From positions 64,001 through 128,000 of the forward strand of contig CAVTLK010000005.1 in NCBI GenBank assembly GCA_963735595.1: a DNA stretch of 64,000 bases, written 5' to 3'. The notes under the pieces are model-generated. The model was not told where the DNA came from. It ran no database searches and saw only the letters and a list, made by a program, of their open reading frames with translations. Each line of letters starts with the position of its first letter. Within the stretch, counting starts at the first letter, position 1. Position numbers and translations under genes: made by a program. Source of the DNA: an uncultured delta proteobacterium (GTDB taxonomy: Bacteria > Desulfobacterota > Zymogenia > Zymogenales > Zymogenaceae). This document shows, piece after piece, positions 53,074 through 63,687 of this stretch.

Positions 53074-54037
53074 CTAACCAGCACTCGAACGTCTCGTCCA
53101 TAGATTCCAGCGTTGCCTGGGCGTCAGCGACAACAGCAGCTTTCCTTTTGCCGGGTCAATGATCGGCTGGGGATAAAAGAGTATGTTGTTATCGGTCCCG
53201 ACCGGGTAGATGCCCGCCCGCCTCAATAACCCCACCAGCGTCGACGTTGCCTCCGGGAGCCGAACCAGCCGCCGACGCGCTCTCGTAAGCCTCGAAGAGA
53301 AAATCACCGATCTCCCGTTGACTTATGACGTCCTCCGCCGCGACGTTGAGGATCAGGCAGCGTTCGTCCCTCAGGAGGATCACCCGGGCCATCGCAGAGG
53401 CGAGGTCTTCCACGTCGATATACTGCACGAGATTGCCGCCCTTCCCGATAATGTAGACCGGCTTTCCGTTCACCGCGCTTCTCAGGGAGAAATAGAGGGA
53501 TGGGAACAGGTCCCGGGGTGTCCCCCATCCGATGACCGGGGGTGCACGTAGGATGACCACCAGGAGATCACGCTCGGCGGCGGCGCCGATGAGGTGGTTT
53601 TCGATGGTCAGGTGCTCTTTTCCCATCGGAGTAAGGGGACGGCGTCTTTCTCCTTCTTCGATAAAGGTCTCGTGGGGCCTGCCGTAGACCTCCGATCCCG
53701 AGAGATAGACGAACGAGGAGACGCCGAGGTTCTCGGCAAGCGTCAGGAGCTTGATGGTCATGGCCAGGGCCGAGGATAGTCCCGCCGTGTCCCGAGGTCT
53801 TTTCCGGCGATACTCTGAGCAGATGAAAGATATGATCGACGCCCCGGACCATGTCGGAGAGCAGGCCGGCCCGCATGATATCGCCGGACAGGTACTCCGC
53901 GTCGGCAACCGGATTGTCGACCGGGTCGACATCAAAACCCCGGACCGAAAAGCCGAGGGCTACGAGCCGTTGGATAAGGCAGCGGGCGATATATGATCCG
54001 GCGCCGGTAACTAAGGCTTTTATCGTCTTCCTCCACT
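53074..54037 (-). CDS. NAD-dependent epimerase/dehydratase family protein, frameshifted
   Basis: ALVTGAGSYIA, FVYLSGSEVYG, QYIDVEDLA across three frames; start uncertain. Confidence 0.7.
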
Positions 54038-54237
54038 CCCGAAATCAGGGCGAGCGCGACATACGCAGCAGGGCCCGCGGGGGCCTGCGGCTATATCGCG
54101 GATTGCCCGTGCTGACGGAAACCGGCTAAGCGATACAGCGAATTATAACTGCGGCCTTTTCCCGACTCGTTACCCGGTTCTTCCCGACGGGGAGACGGCG
54201 GCCGCGGTATCGACAGTCCATAAGGGGTCCGCAGCGG

Positions 54238-55372
54238 CTATTTATAGCTCCCGTACAGGACAAACGGCGCCCAGAAGGCGGGATGCGCGAACCGGAACCG
54301 TCCCTTGTCTTTTTCAAAATCGATGATTCTCTTCTGGGCGAGTCTCAACGCCTCGGCCTTGTCGTTATCGGGCAGGTACGTGTAAAAGAAGTTCATCAGG
54401 TTTGAGGTCATCCCCTTGTCGAGCGTATAGAGGGGCGCGACAACCGCCGCCGCACCTGCCGTCAGGAAGGCGCCGGGAAAGCCCTCGGACGGGCTCCAGG
54501 TCAGCCCCGCGCGGTCGGCGGAGATCGTTACGAGGTCAACGTCGATCGTCATGGCGCCGACCTCGGCAACCGTCAGGTTTCCATCGTCACCGCCCCCGGC
54601 GGTGAACAGTAACTTCGAGTTCTCGTCGGAGCCTGATTTGAACGGAGCTGTAGGTGGTTATATGGAGGATCGAGACGGGGCCCTCCGCGAGCCCGGCCTT
54701 CAGCGCGGTCTCGGATCGCCGCCTCTCCCTCGTACAGTACCGTGCCGGGAACAAAGAAGACGACGTCCTCCATCTCGGCCTGGGCCATCCGGAGGTCACC
54801 GTAGCCCGCGGGGTACTTGGCGTTACCGATGACGATGCCGCCGGTAAGCATCGATTTATCGGTGGAAAGACAGCGGCCCATCAGGGAGACCGACGGCGCG
54901 TAGAAGAGGGCAAAGTCGTCGACCAGGAAAGCGGGGCCGCTTGGGGTCCTTTTTCGAGACAAGGGCGCCGAAGGTAAAGCCGGCAGAGCTTCTTGCCCGG
55001 GACGATGCCCAGCCGCTCGATGCCCGCGAGATCGCCGATTACGGGTTTGATCAGGACGGCCCAGAGGGTGGCCGCCTCGTCCTGATAGGGGGTCATGGCG
55101 TTGAGGGATCCCATGATGTCGGAAAAGAAACCGATCTTTACCTCCAGCGGTTCGGCGGTCTTGCCAAGCTCGCGAGTGGTCACGCCGCCGCTCCTGACTA
55201 CGTCGACCGTTCCTCCGCCCGCGTCATAGACCAGGACGGCGGTCTTCTCATCGAGCAGCGGCCGTATTTCGGCGTAGGGATCGGTATCCTCGGCCGCGGC
55301 AATCGCGGCAAGGCACGGAAAGACGAACAGGATCAGGACGGCTGCTGCGGCTATTTCTCTCATGGTTCTCAT
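54238..55372 (-). CDS. Secreted CHAT (caspase HetF-associated) domain protein, frameshifted, catalytic residues absent
   Basis: Signal peptide; LWAVLIKP, LGIVP, YAPS, DDGNLTVAEV, FLTAGA, LMNFFY, KAEALRLAQ, HPAFWAPFVLYG. Confidence 0.85.
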
Positions 55373-55544
55373 GGGATCTCCTTTGCGCGGCCCGCAGGCT
55401 TGGCGATCGGCTGCGGGTTTGGGTTTGATCGTCAGCGTGGCAACGCGAAAACGCGAAAAACGGCGCGGTATGGCTTTTACGCTACTGTGCATCGATGGTA
55501 TATCAGAACAGGCATTCGAACGATCCGCACCGGCACGATCTCGT

Positions 55545-56476
55545 TTAATCCGTCCGCTTGACGGCCAGCATTCGATCCAGCGATCCCTTGGCGGCCTTTC
55601 TGATATCCGGGGCGACCGTCACCACATTTTTCATCTCCAGAAGGCAGTCGTAGATGTCCTGGAGCGTGGTCAGTTTCATATTCGGACAGATCATGTGAGA
55701 CGCCGCGGGTACGAATTCCTTGTCCGGGTTATCTCTCTTGAGGGGATGGAGGATCCCCCTCTCGGTGCCGATAATGAATTTCTTGTAGGGCGTTTTCTTG
55801 ACAAAATCGAGCATCCCCGAGGTGCTGGCAACCCTGTCAGCCATGTCCACGACCGAGGGACGGCACTCCGGGTGGGCGATGAAAAACGCAGCCGGGATGT
55901 TTTGATTTCACGGCCGCCACCTCATCGGGGGTCAGGCGTTCATGGACGGGGCAAAAGCCGTTGTGCCAGTAGATCATTTTTTTCGAAAAACGGGCGGTAT
56001 AGTGGGCCAGGTTACGATCCGGCGCCATGAGGACGGTGTCGGCATCCAGCGAATTGACGACCGAAACCGCATTGGCCGACGTGCAGCAGATATCGGTGAC
56101 GGCCTTGACATCGGCCGTCGAGTTGACATAGGTGACCAGCGGCGCCTCGGGGTGCTGCCGCTTAAAGTCGAGCGCGGCCTCCCGCGTGATCATGTCGGCC
56201 ATGGGGCAGCCGGCGTCTTGACGCGGGATGAGGACGGTCTTGGTGGGGGAGAGGATCGCCGCGCTCTCGGCCATGAAGTGGACGCCGGCAAAGACGATAA
56301 CCTCGGCCTCGGTGGCCGCGGCCTCGATAGACAGCCCCAGGGAGTCGCCCGTCAGGTCGGCAACGTCCTGAACCTCGGGCCGCTGGTAGTTGTGGGCAAG
56401 CAGAATCGCGTTTCTTATGGGCCAAAAGGTCCCTGATCTTGCGCTCGAGATCGTTCGTTTCTACGGCGGTCTCCAC
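55545..56476 (-). CDS. nadA: Quinolinate synthase, two frameshifts
   Basis: [57 protein letters not shown] across frames. Confidence 0.93.
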
Positions 56477-56504
56477 TTTTGCCCCTTTTACCCTCACAGT
56501 AATC

Positions 56505-56551
56505 TTGACAATGATTGGTAAGATATTATAATTAAATGGCTTTTTTGTCAA
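56505..56551. promoter_or_regulatory. Overlapping divergent sigma70 promoters (nadA / transglycosylase)
   Basis: Plus: TTGACA(56505)-16-TATAAT(56527). Minus: TTGACA(56551-56546)-17-TAATAT. Confidence 0.6.
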
Positions 56552-56626
56552 ACAATTTTGAAGCGCGGCCCTCAATAGAGTCCGTTTACGCGGCGGAGGG
56601 CCGGCGCCGTCCGTTTAGGACAAGAT

Positions 56627-57718
56627 ATGATCAGCACCGTTTCCCTTCGTGGGCCCGTATAGGGAGACCGCTAGCCCTCGGCCTCCTTTTTACCGCCATT
56701 GCCGGCTGCGCACGCCGTGTCTTCCGTCACAGAAACGCTCCCGATCGAAGAAAAGGCCCAACGACAGAGTATCATCGTCTCGTTTTCCAATCCCCCGGCC
56801 GAGATCATTCCCATCGAAAACGAGGCCGTAACCGAGGAAATCGAGACGCTCAAGAAATCCCCCCATTCCGTTGCGCGGTGGCTGGCAACCGCGGCACGAT
56901 TCTCTCCGCTGATGAAAGGGGTCCTGAGGGCCCACGGGGTGCCTGAAGAGCTCATGTATGTGGCGATCCTCGAGAGCGGTTTTGACCCGAAGGCGGTCTC
57001 GGTCAAGGGGGCGGGGGGGCCATGGCAGTTTATCCCCGGCACGGCCAAGGGCTTCGGCATGGAAATGGACGACTGGGTGGATGAGCGGCGGGACTTCGAA
57101 AAATCGACGGTCGCGGCAGCCAAGTACTTCTCGGGGCTCTATTCATCGTTTTCCAGCTGGGAGCTGGCGCTGGCCGGGTACAACTGCGGCGGGGGGTCGG
57201 TGAACGCTGCCATCAAGGCGTGCGGGTCGGTCAACCTGTGGGAGATGGATAAGATGGGAAGGCTCAGCTTCCAGGCCCGGGGCTACGTTCCGCGGGTGCT
57301 GGCCCTCATTCTGATCATGGAGGACCCCGAGAAATACGGGTTTACCCGGCCTAAGGGCATGGTGCCCCTTACCTACGACAAGGTCTACGTGCCGGGAGGG
57401 CTGCCGCTCTGGTTTTTTGCGAAATTCCTGGGGACGACCGAGAAGACAATGGCGTCCCTCAACCCGGAGCTCCTCAGGGGGGTTACGCCGCCGGGCGCAA
57501 CCGACTATGAGCTGAAGATCCCGGCCGGCAAGAAACGGCTCTTTGCCGAAAAGTTCTCCGAGGCCTATGACGTACTACGGGGACGACCTGATCCGGCGTG
57601 GGGAGATAAAGAAGAGACCGGCCAAATAGGCGGATGCCCGATTCTCCTCAGTCCCGGCCCCTCCCCGCGGGACGTGTGCGCCGGCCGCGAGACCGGCCCT
57701 ATCCCACAATCGGTATAA
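56627..57718 (+). CDS. Lytic transglycosylase (MltD-like, probable lipoprotein), frameshifts near N-terminus
   Basis: AILESG, GPWQFIPGT, DERRD, LAGYNCG, YVPR, LNPEL; lipobox LFTAIAGC in the adjacent frame. Confidence 0.85.
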
Positions 57719-57734
57719 CCCAAGGAGCCATGCG

Positions 57735-59459
57735 ATGAGTTATCCGCGGCCCGATATAGAGAGAGAACGCTGGACGGCGCTGGACGGTACGTGGGAGTTC
57801 CAGTTTGACCCCAACGATATCGGCAAGAAAGAGGGCTGGTACAAGAAACGGCTGTCCGGGACCGTCCGGGTGCCTTACTGCGTCGAAAGCGAGGCCGCGG
57901 GACTCCCTCCTGGGAAATTCTACCCGGTTTTCTGGTATGCCAGGGAGTTTTCCCGCGCCCGGCTGCCAAAGGGGAAGCGGTTTTTTCTCAATTTCGGGGC
58001 CGTCGATTACGAGGCGGACGTCTGGATCAACGGCGGCTATTTGGGCCGTCACCGGGGCGGCTACACGCCGTTTTCCTTCGAGATCACCGATTTTATCGGG
58101 GAGAATAACCGGATCGCGGTGAGGGTCGCCGATTATCCGACCCGGCGGACGTTGAGGGGGAAACAGTACATTTACCGGTGGCTCTCGGCGGTCTTCTACA
58201 CGCCGGTCAGCGGGATATGGCAGCCGGTCTTCATCCACGCTACCGGCGACTCGTGCGTAAAAAAGCTCGTCCTGCTGCCGGACATGGATCGGCTGACGGT
58301 GAGGGCCGATATCGACGCGCGGGGCGCGGTGTCTGCCCGGGTGCGGATCACCGATGACGACGGCGCTACGGTCGCCGAGGAAAAACCGCCGATCGACGGC
58401 GGTCGGCTCGAACGGACCTTCGTTATCAAGAATCCGCGGCACTGGTCGGGGGAATCGCCCCACCTCTACCGGGTCCGGGTCACGCTCTACGGCGGCAGGA
58501 ACGCCGTCAGCGACCAGGTAACGGCCGCCACCGGCCTCAGGAGGATAGAGACCAAGGGGGGAAGGGTCCTTCTGAACGGGAAACCGATCTACCTGAAGAT
58601 GCTGCTTGTGCAGGGATACTACCCCGGCGGCCACTATACGCCGATGGACGAAAACCAGTTCGAGCAGGAGATCATCCGGTACAAGTCGCTGGGGTTCAAC
58701 GGCATCAGGATGCACGAGAAGATCGAGGACCCGCGCTACCTGTCCTGCTGCGACAGGCACGGGCTGCTGCTATGGGAGGAGATGCCCTCGCCGTTTCTCT
58801 TCGGGGGGCTGGACCGGGCGCAGTACGAGCGGGAGCTCGGCGAGGTCCTCGATCGCGACGCCTGCCACCCGTCGGTCATGGCGATGGTCCTCTTCAACGA
58901 GACGTGGGGGATCTACGACCTCTTGTGGAGCAAGAAAAGACGGAGATTCCTCGAATCGATGTACCGGCGGGTAAAGGAGTTCAACCCCGGTATCGCCGTC
59001 GTCGATAATTCGGGCTACGACCACCTGGTCACCGATATCGTCGATATCCACCACTACCTGAACACCGACGAGAAGATCCACGCCCTTTACCGGTTACTCG
59101 GGGACAAAAAACGGATGTCGCGGCAGTTTCTGCGGCTCGTAAAGACGGCGGTCAATATCGTCAAGACGCACGTCGTGGCGAGGGTCCCGTACCTGAGACA
59201 GGGGACCTACCGGGGGCACGAGCCCTTTATCGTCAGCGAGTTCGGCGGCGCGGGATACTACACGGGGGCCGGGGCGTTCATGGAGAATTTCAGGCATAAC
59301 GTTGAGCTGATGCGGGAATACCCGATCATCACCGGCTACTGCCTGACACAGGCATACGACGTAGAGAACGAGAAAAACGGGATACTGAACTTCGACCGGT
59401 CGGAAAAATACCCGGCCAAGGACGTTAGGGCGATAAACGGGATGGTGGGGAAGAAGTGA
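57735..59459 (+). CDS. GH2 glycoside hydrolase (beta-galactosidase/glucuronidase family)
   Basis: YPRP, LNFGAVDY, GGYTPF, SGIWQPV, GFNGIRMH, HPSV..FNE, SEFGG, E.EKNG. Confidence 0.92.
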   Translation: MSYPRPDIERERWTALDGTWEFQFDPNDIGKKEGWYKKRLSGTVRVPYCVESEAAGLPPGKFYPVFWYAREFSRARLPKGKRFFLNFGAVDYEADVWINGGYLGRHRGGYTPFSFEITDFIGENNRIAVRVADYPTRRTLRGKQYIYRWLSAVFYTPVSGIWQPVFIHATGDSCVKKLVLLPDMDRLTVRADIDARGAVSARVRITDDDGATVAEEKPPIDGGRLERTFVIKNPRHWSGESPHLYRVRVTLYGGRNAVSDQVTAATGLRRIETKGGRVLLNGKPIYLKMLLVQGYYPGGHYTPMDENQFEQEIIRYKSLGFNGIRMHEKIEDPRYLSCCDRHGLLLWEEMPSPFLFGGLDRAQYERELGEVLDRDACHPSVMAMVLFNETWGIYDLLWSKKRRRFLESMYRRVKEFNPGIAVVDNSGYDHLVTDIVDIHHYLNTDEKIHALYRLLGDKKRMSRQFLRLVKTAVNIVKTHVVARVPYLRQGTYRGHEPFIVSEFGGAGYYTGAGAFMENFRHNVELMREYPIITGYCLTQAYDVENEKNGILNFDRSEKYPAKDVRAINGMVGKK

Positions 59460-59635
59460 TACCTTGGCCACACGGAAGCGCGTACGGGTGCGCCCCGTCT
59501 ATTGCGGCCGGAGAACGGGAGCTTTGTAACGGAACTCGCGAAAACAACATAAGAGGAATGCGCTACAACGCGTTTCGCCGGTAACGGGTGAGCGCGCGCC
59601 TGCGGACGGACTGTCGGGGCGAGATCGCCTGATCC

Positions 59636-60793
59636 CTACTTCACCACCGGGTACTGCCCGCTGCCAATCGGCCACCAGGTGCCCTTGGCCAGGTCGACGA
59701 TCCTGATCACGTCGCCGTCTAAGAGCTTTCTCGTGCTCATGTTGTTGAGCTTCTCCCCGCCGATCGTATCTTCCTTATCCTTGCTACGCTTATAGAGCGC
59801 CTCGATATAGTCCGAGTTCATGTCTTCCGGAGAAAACACCAGGGGCGTCTCTTTGCCGTCCACCGTCTCCGTGAACTTGGGCAGGTTATCCTTGAATACA
59901 TAGAAATAGGCGGCGAGGTCACCCTCCGGAGATACCGCGAGGGAGTAGATCGGGCCCGGCTCCTCGGCGACGCCGGTGACCGCGCCGGTGGCCGGATCGA
60001 GGCGGTAGAGCCTGCCCGTTTTCGTGTCGTTATAGATGAAGAGGGCGTTGCCGGTGGCGGTAAGCCATCTCGGGCAGGAAAAACCGAGGGGCGAGGCCGG
60101 CGTGGGCGTTTCGGTGAAGGAAGCGGACTTGATCTCGGTAACGGCCCTCGTGGCGACGGTCACGAGCGCCAGGCGGCTCTTGCCGTTGTTGAATTCGGAC
60201 AGGAGGATCGATTTTCCGTCCGGGGAGACGGCGATATCGAGGGGGTTTCCCTCGTAGAGGGGATTCGAGCTCCAATCCCCGCCGGCCGCGTCATAGATCC
60301 CGGTGCCGCCGATATAGGCCAGGCGCTGTCCCTCGGCAAACCAGGAGGGGCGGCTGCCGGCGCCGAGGTCGGCGACTTCATCGCCGGACGCGGAGACTAT
60401 CTTGAGATGGCCGGACTCTCCCTTTTCCACCACGGCGATTATATCGGCGGAAGGACAGACCGCGAAATCGGCGACGTTGATGAAAACGTCTTTCGAATCG
60501 CCCGACGCGATATCGTAAGATTTCAATTTCGCGTAGTTATCGATGTAGTAGAGGCCGTCGCCCGAAGTGCTGAAGGCAATCCGGTAGGCGACGGCGATCT
60601 TCTTGGGTGTTTCGGCCTTGATGCCCGAAATATAGGCCGCGCCGTCGTTAATGTAGGCGGCCTCAAAGTCCACCGCCGCGGTATCGTCCTTCTTGTCCTT
60701 GTTTAAGATAAAGTAATAGAAGCCGAAAAAGAGTAACAGGAATACTGCCATCGTAATGAAGAACTGAAGCCCTTTGTTTTGGGGTGCCGCCAT
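59636..60793 (-). CDS. Membrane-anchored TolB-like beta-propeller protein
   Basis: N-terminal TM; repeated AFS/PSW/VSPDG/PRW/VSPEG blade motifs. Confidence 0.7.
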   Translation of the reverse strand: MAAPQNKGLQFFITMAVFLLLFFGFYYFILNKDKKDDTAAVDFEAAYINDGAAYISGIKAETPKKIAVAYRIAFSTSGDGLYYIDNYAKLKSYDIASGDSKDVFINVADFAVCPSADIIAVVEKGESGHLKIVSASGDEVADLGAGSRPSWFAEGQRLAYIGGTGIYDAAGGDWSSNPLYEGNPLDIAVSPDGKSILLSEFNNGKSRLALVTVATRAVTEIKSASFTETPTPASPLGFSCPRWLTATGNALFIYNDTKTGRLYRLDPATGAVTGVAEEPGPIYSLAVSPEGDLAAYFYVFKDNLPKFTETVDGKETPLVFSPEDMNSDYIEALYKRSKDKEDTIGGEKLNNMSTRKLLDGDVIRIVDLAKGTWWPIGSGQYPVVK

Positions 60794-60911
60794 CAGCGTC
60801 TCCTTTTAATCCACGTTTTTTTCGGGTATAATCACTCGTGCTCCGGGGCGCGCCGTTCGGATAACCGATTACCATGCGCGTCAGCAGGGAGCCACTTCTA
60901 TATATCATCTC

Positions 60912-62885
60912 TTGGAGCATAAGTCAACGGTGGGAACACGCAACGATTACGAAACAGAGATAGACGAGTTTTTCGGTAAGGACGGACGTCTCTCGACGGT
61001 GCTTGCCGGGTTCGAGTTTCGGGAAGGCCAGCTCATCATGGCCCGGGCCGTGGGGCGGGCGTTTGCCGAGCGGCGGCCCCTCATGGTCGAGGCGGGCACG
61101 GGGACGGGTAAGACCCTTGCCTACCTGGTGCCCGCCCTCTTCTCGGGCAAGAAGACCGTCGTCTCCACGGGGACTATCAACCTCCAAGAACAGATCGTCC
61201 AAAAGGACGTCCCCATCATCGAACGGGCGATGAACCGGTCCGTCAAGGCGGTGATACTCAAGGGGCGCGGCAACTACCTCTGCCTTCGCCGGTTCGAGCG
61301 GTTCGGGCGTCAGCACGGTCTTGTGCTTGGAGAAGGGGCAACGTTCGCGCGCGAAATCGAGCGGTGGGCGAGGACGACGAAGACCGGCGATCGGGCGGAG
61401 CTTGCCAATCTTCCCGCGGAGTTCGCCCTCTGGGGGGAGATATCCTCGTCACCGGAGAGGTGCTTCGGGCCGAAATGCCCCCGTTTCGACGACTGCTTCG
61501 TGAGCCGCGCCAGGAGAAGGGCGCAGGCCGCCGACATCGTGGTGGTCAATCACCACCTCTTTTTTGTCGACCTGATGGTTCGCGAGCGGGGGGTGACAGG
61601 CGTGATCCCCCGGTGGGAGGCGGTCGTGCTGGACGAGGCGCATAACATAGAAAAGGTCGCCCTCGACTATTTCTCCCTCTCGGTTTCTCCGTTCCGGATC
61701 GACGTTTTGACCAGGGACCTCCTCCACGAGATGACCGCCGAACGGGTTACCGACCGCCGGATCGAGCGGGCGGTACTAGCGGTCACGGAGGGCTCGGTCG
61801 GCTTTTTCAACGCCGTCGGGTTCCGAACCGCCGAGGGGAAGGCCAGGATCGGTCCCGAATTCTTTTCCCCGGAGGACAGAGAGCGCGCCCTGGGGCTTGC
61901 GGCGCGGTTGTCGCTGTTGGCTGAGGCGGTTCGGTCGTCGGGAGTCCAGCACGAGCCGATCCTGGCGGCCGCGTACCGCGCGCAGGAGATCGCCGATAAT
62001 CTCCAGTTCATCGTGACGATGCCGGACCGCCAGTACGTCTATTGGTCACAGATGTCCCAGGCCAGGGGGGGCGACGTCTTCTTTTGCGCCACGCCGATCG
62101 ATATCGCCAAAGAGCTGCAGCAGCGTTTCTTTAAGAAGGTCGAAACGGTTATTCTCACCTCGGCCACCCTCTCGGTCATGGGCAGCTTCGATTTCTTCAC
62201 CGAGAGCGTGGGGATTGGCTCGGATGTCGAAGGGATCATTGCCCCGGGCGGATTCGATACCAAGCGCAATGCGCTCCTGTTTATCCCCTCCGACCTCCCC
62301 GAGCCGGACCGGCGAACCCCGAACGGGGCAGTGATCGACATGATCGGCCGGTTGCTTTCGCTCAGCCGCGGGCGGGCGCTGGTGCTGTTTACCAGCGTCA
62401 GAAACATGGAGGCCGCCCACGCCGCCCTCAAGGACGCGATTCCAATGAGGGTCATGATCCAGGGCGACGCCCCCCGCGGGGCGCTGCTCGCCGAGTTTAA
62501 AGACGACATCTCCTCGGTTTTGTTTGCAACGGCGTCCTTCTGGGAAGGGATCGACGTGCCGGGGGAGGCGCTCTCCCTGGTGATCATCGATAAGCTCCCA
62601 TTTGACCGGCCGACCGACCCGATCATCGAGGCGAAGCTCGAGTACATGAGAGACCGGGATCAGAACCCTTTTTACCGATATCAGCTTCCCCGCGCCGTCA
62701 TCATGCTGCGCCAGGGGTTGGGCAGGCTCATCCGCTCCCAGAGCGATCGGGGGGTCCTGGCGGTGTTGGATTCACGGATTCGGCAAAAGCAGTACGGCCG
62801 CGTTTTCTTACAAAGCCTGTCCCACTTCTCTTTCACCGATGACCTCGGGGACGTGGGGGCGTTTTTCATGGATCAGGGCTCTTGA
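60912..62885 (+). CDS. yoaA: ATP-dependent DNA helicase DinG/YoaA (Fe-S)
   Basis: EAGTGTGKT, KGRGNYLC, CFGPKC..DDC, NHHL, DEAH, SAT, FWEGID, QGLGRLIR. Confidence 0.93.
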   Translation: MEHKSTVGTRNDYETEIDEFFGKDGRLSTVLAGFEFREGQLIMARAVGRAFAERRPLMVEAGTGTGKTLAYLVPALFSGKKTVVSTGTINLQEQIVQKDVPIIERAMNRSVKAVILKGRGNYLCLRRFERFGRQHGLVLGEGATFAREIERWARTTKTGDRAELANLPAEFALWGEISSSPERCFGPKCPRFDDCFVSRARRRAQAADIVVVNHHLFFVDLMVRERGVTGVIPRWEAVVLDEAHNIEKVALDYFSLSVSPFRIDVLTRDLLHEMTAERVTDRRIERAVLAVTEGSVGFFNAVGFRTAEGKARIGPEFFSPEDRERALGLAARLSLLAEAVRSSGVQHEPILAAAYRAQEIADNLQFIVTMPDRQYVYWSQMSQARGGDVFFCATPIDIAKELQQRFFKKVETVILTSATLSVMGSFDFFTESVGIGSDVEGIIAPGGFDTKRNALLFIPSDLPEPDRRTPNGAVIDMIGRLLSLSRGRALVLFTSVRNMEAAHAALKDAIPMRVMIQGDAPRGALLAEFKDDISSVLFATASFWEGIDVPGEALSLVIIDKLPFDRPTDPIIEAKLEYMRDRDQNPFYRYQLPRAVIMLRQGLGRLIRSQSDRGVLAVLDSRIRQKQYGRVFLQSLSHFSFTDDLGDVGAFFMDQGS

Positions 62886-62892
62886 AAATACC

Positions 62893-62921
62893 TTGACTAA
62901 CAACGATAAAGATACTATAAC
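62893..62921 (+). promoter_or_regulatory. Sigma70-type promoter upstream of the MglA-like gene
   Basis: TTGACT-17-TATAAC. Confidence 0.7.
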
Positions 62922-63135
62922 TATTACTATATTTCGACAAACCGGACTACTCCCCGCCCACGTGGTTCCGGGAGAGGGTGAACGGTGCGGCGGGTCTTCC
63001 TATATAGATCCGTGACGCATCCGGCAAGGTGCCGTACAATCCACCGCGCCAAACGTGCGGCTTCTGGGGCGGTTGCGATATCCCGAGGGGTTCTTTCCCG
63101 GATAGAAGAGCCGTCAAGATAACAGGAGGACGAGT

Positions 63136-63648
63136 ATGCACCGTTTGAAAGTTGTCGTAACCGGTCCCTTTAACAGCGGCAAGACTCAATTCATAAAATC
63201 GGTCAGCGAAATAGACGTGGTTTCCACCGAAAGAAAGGTGACCCTGCCCGAACACGCGGCGATCAAGGGAGAAACAACGGTGGCCATGGATTTTGGCCGT
63301 ATCACCCTGGGTGACCAGAAAGTATACCTCTTCGGGACGCCGGGTCAGCAGCAGTTTGACTTTATGTGGGAGGTGCTGACCGAGAATATGATCGGTTTTA
63401 TCGTCGTCGTGGATTCGACGGACCCCAAGCGGTTTAAGGAGGCCCGGGAGATAATCCGGTTCTTCAAGGACATCCTCGAAGAACCGTTTGTCGTGGCTGC
63501 CAATAAACAGGAGCTTACCGGGGCGCTGCCGGTCACAGAGCTCAGAAAGGAATTAGGGCTGGACGACAGCTGTGAAATTATCGGCTGCAGCGCCGTCGAC
63601 AAGAAAAGCTCGGTAAAAGTGCTCGATGCACTCATGAAGTATATGTAA
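63136..63648 (+). CDS. Small Ras-like GTPase (MglA/CvnD-like)
   Basis: GPFNSGKT, TTVAMDFG, GTPGQ, NKQE, SA; SD AGGAGG. Confidence 0.92.
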   Translation: MHRLKVVVTGPFNSGKTQFIKSVSEIDVVSTERKVTLPEHAAIKGETTVAMDFGRITLGDQKVYLFGTPGQQQFDFMWEVLTENMIGFIVVVDSTDPKRFKEAREIIRFFKDILEEPFVVAANKQELTGALPVTELRKELGLDDSCEIIGCSAVDKKSSVKVLDALMKYM

Positions 63649-63687
63649 GGCCCGTATCTATTATTATTTTATAAAAAGGGAATCATC

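Noticed and set aside
59475..59580. Possible ncRNA between GH2 and the propeller gene (GAAGCGCGT/ACGCGTTTC)
   Set aside because: Pairing is short and scattered, with no promoter or family motif; insufficient support.
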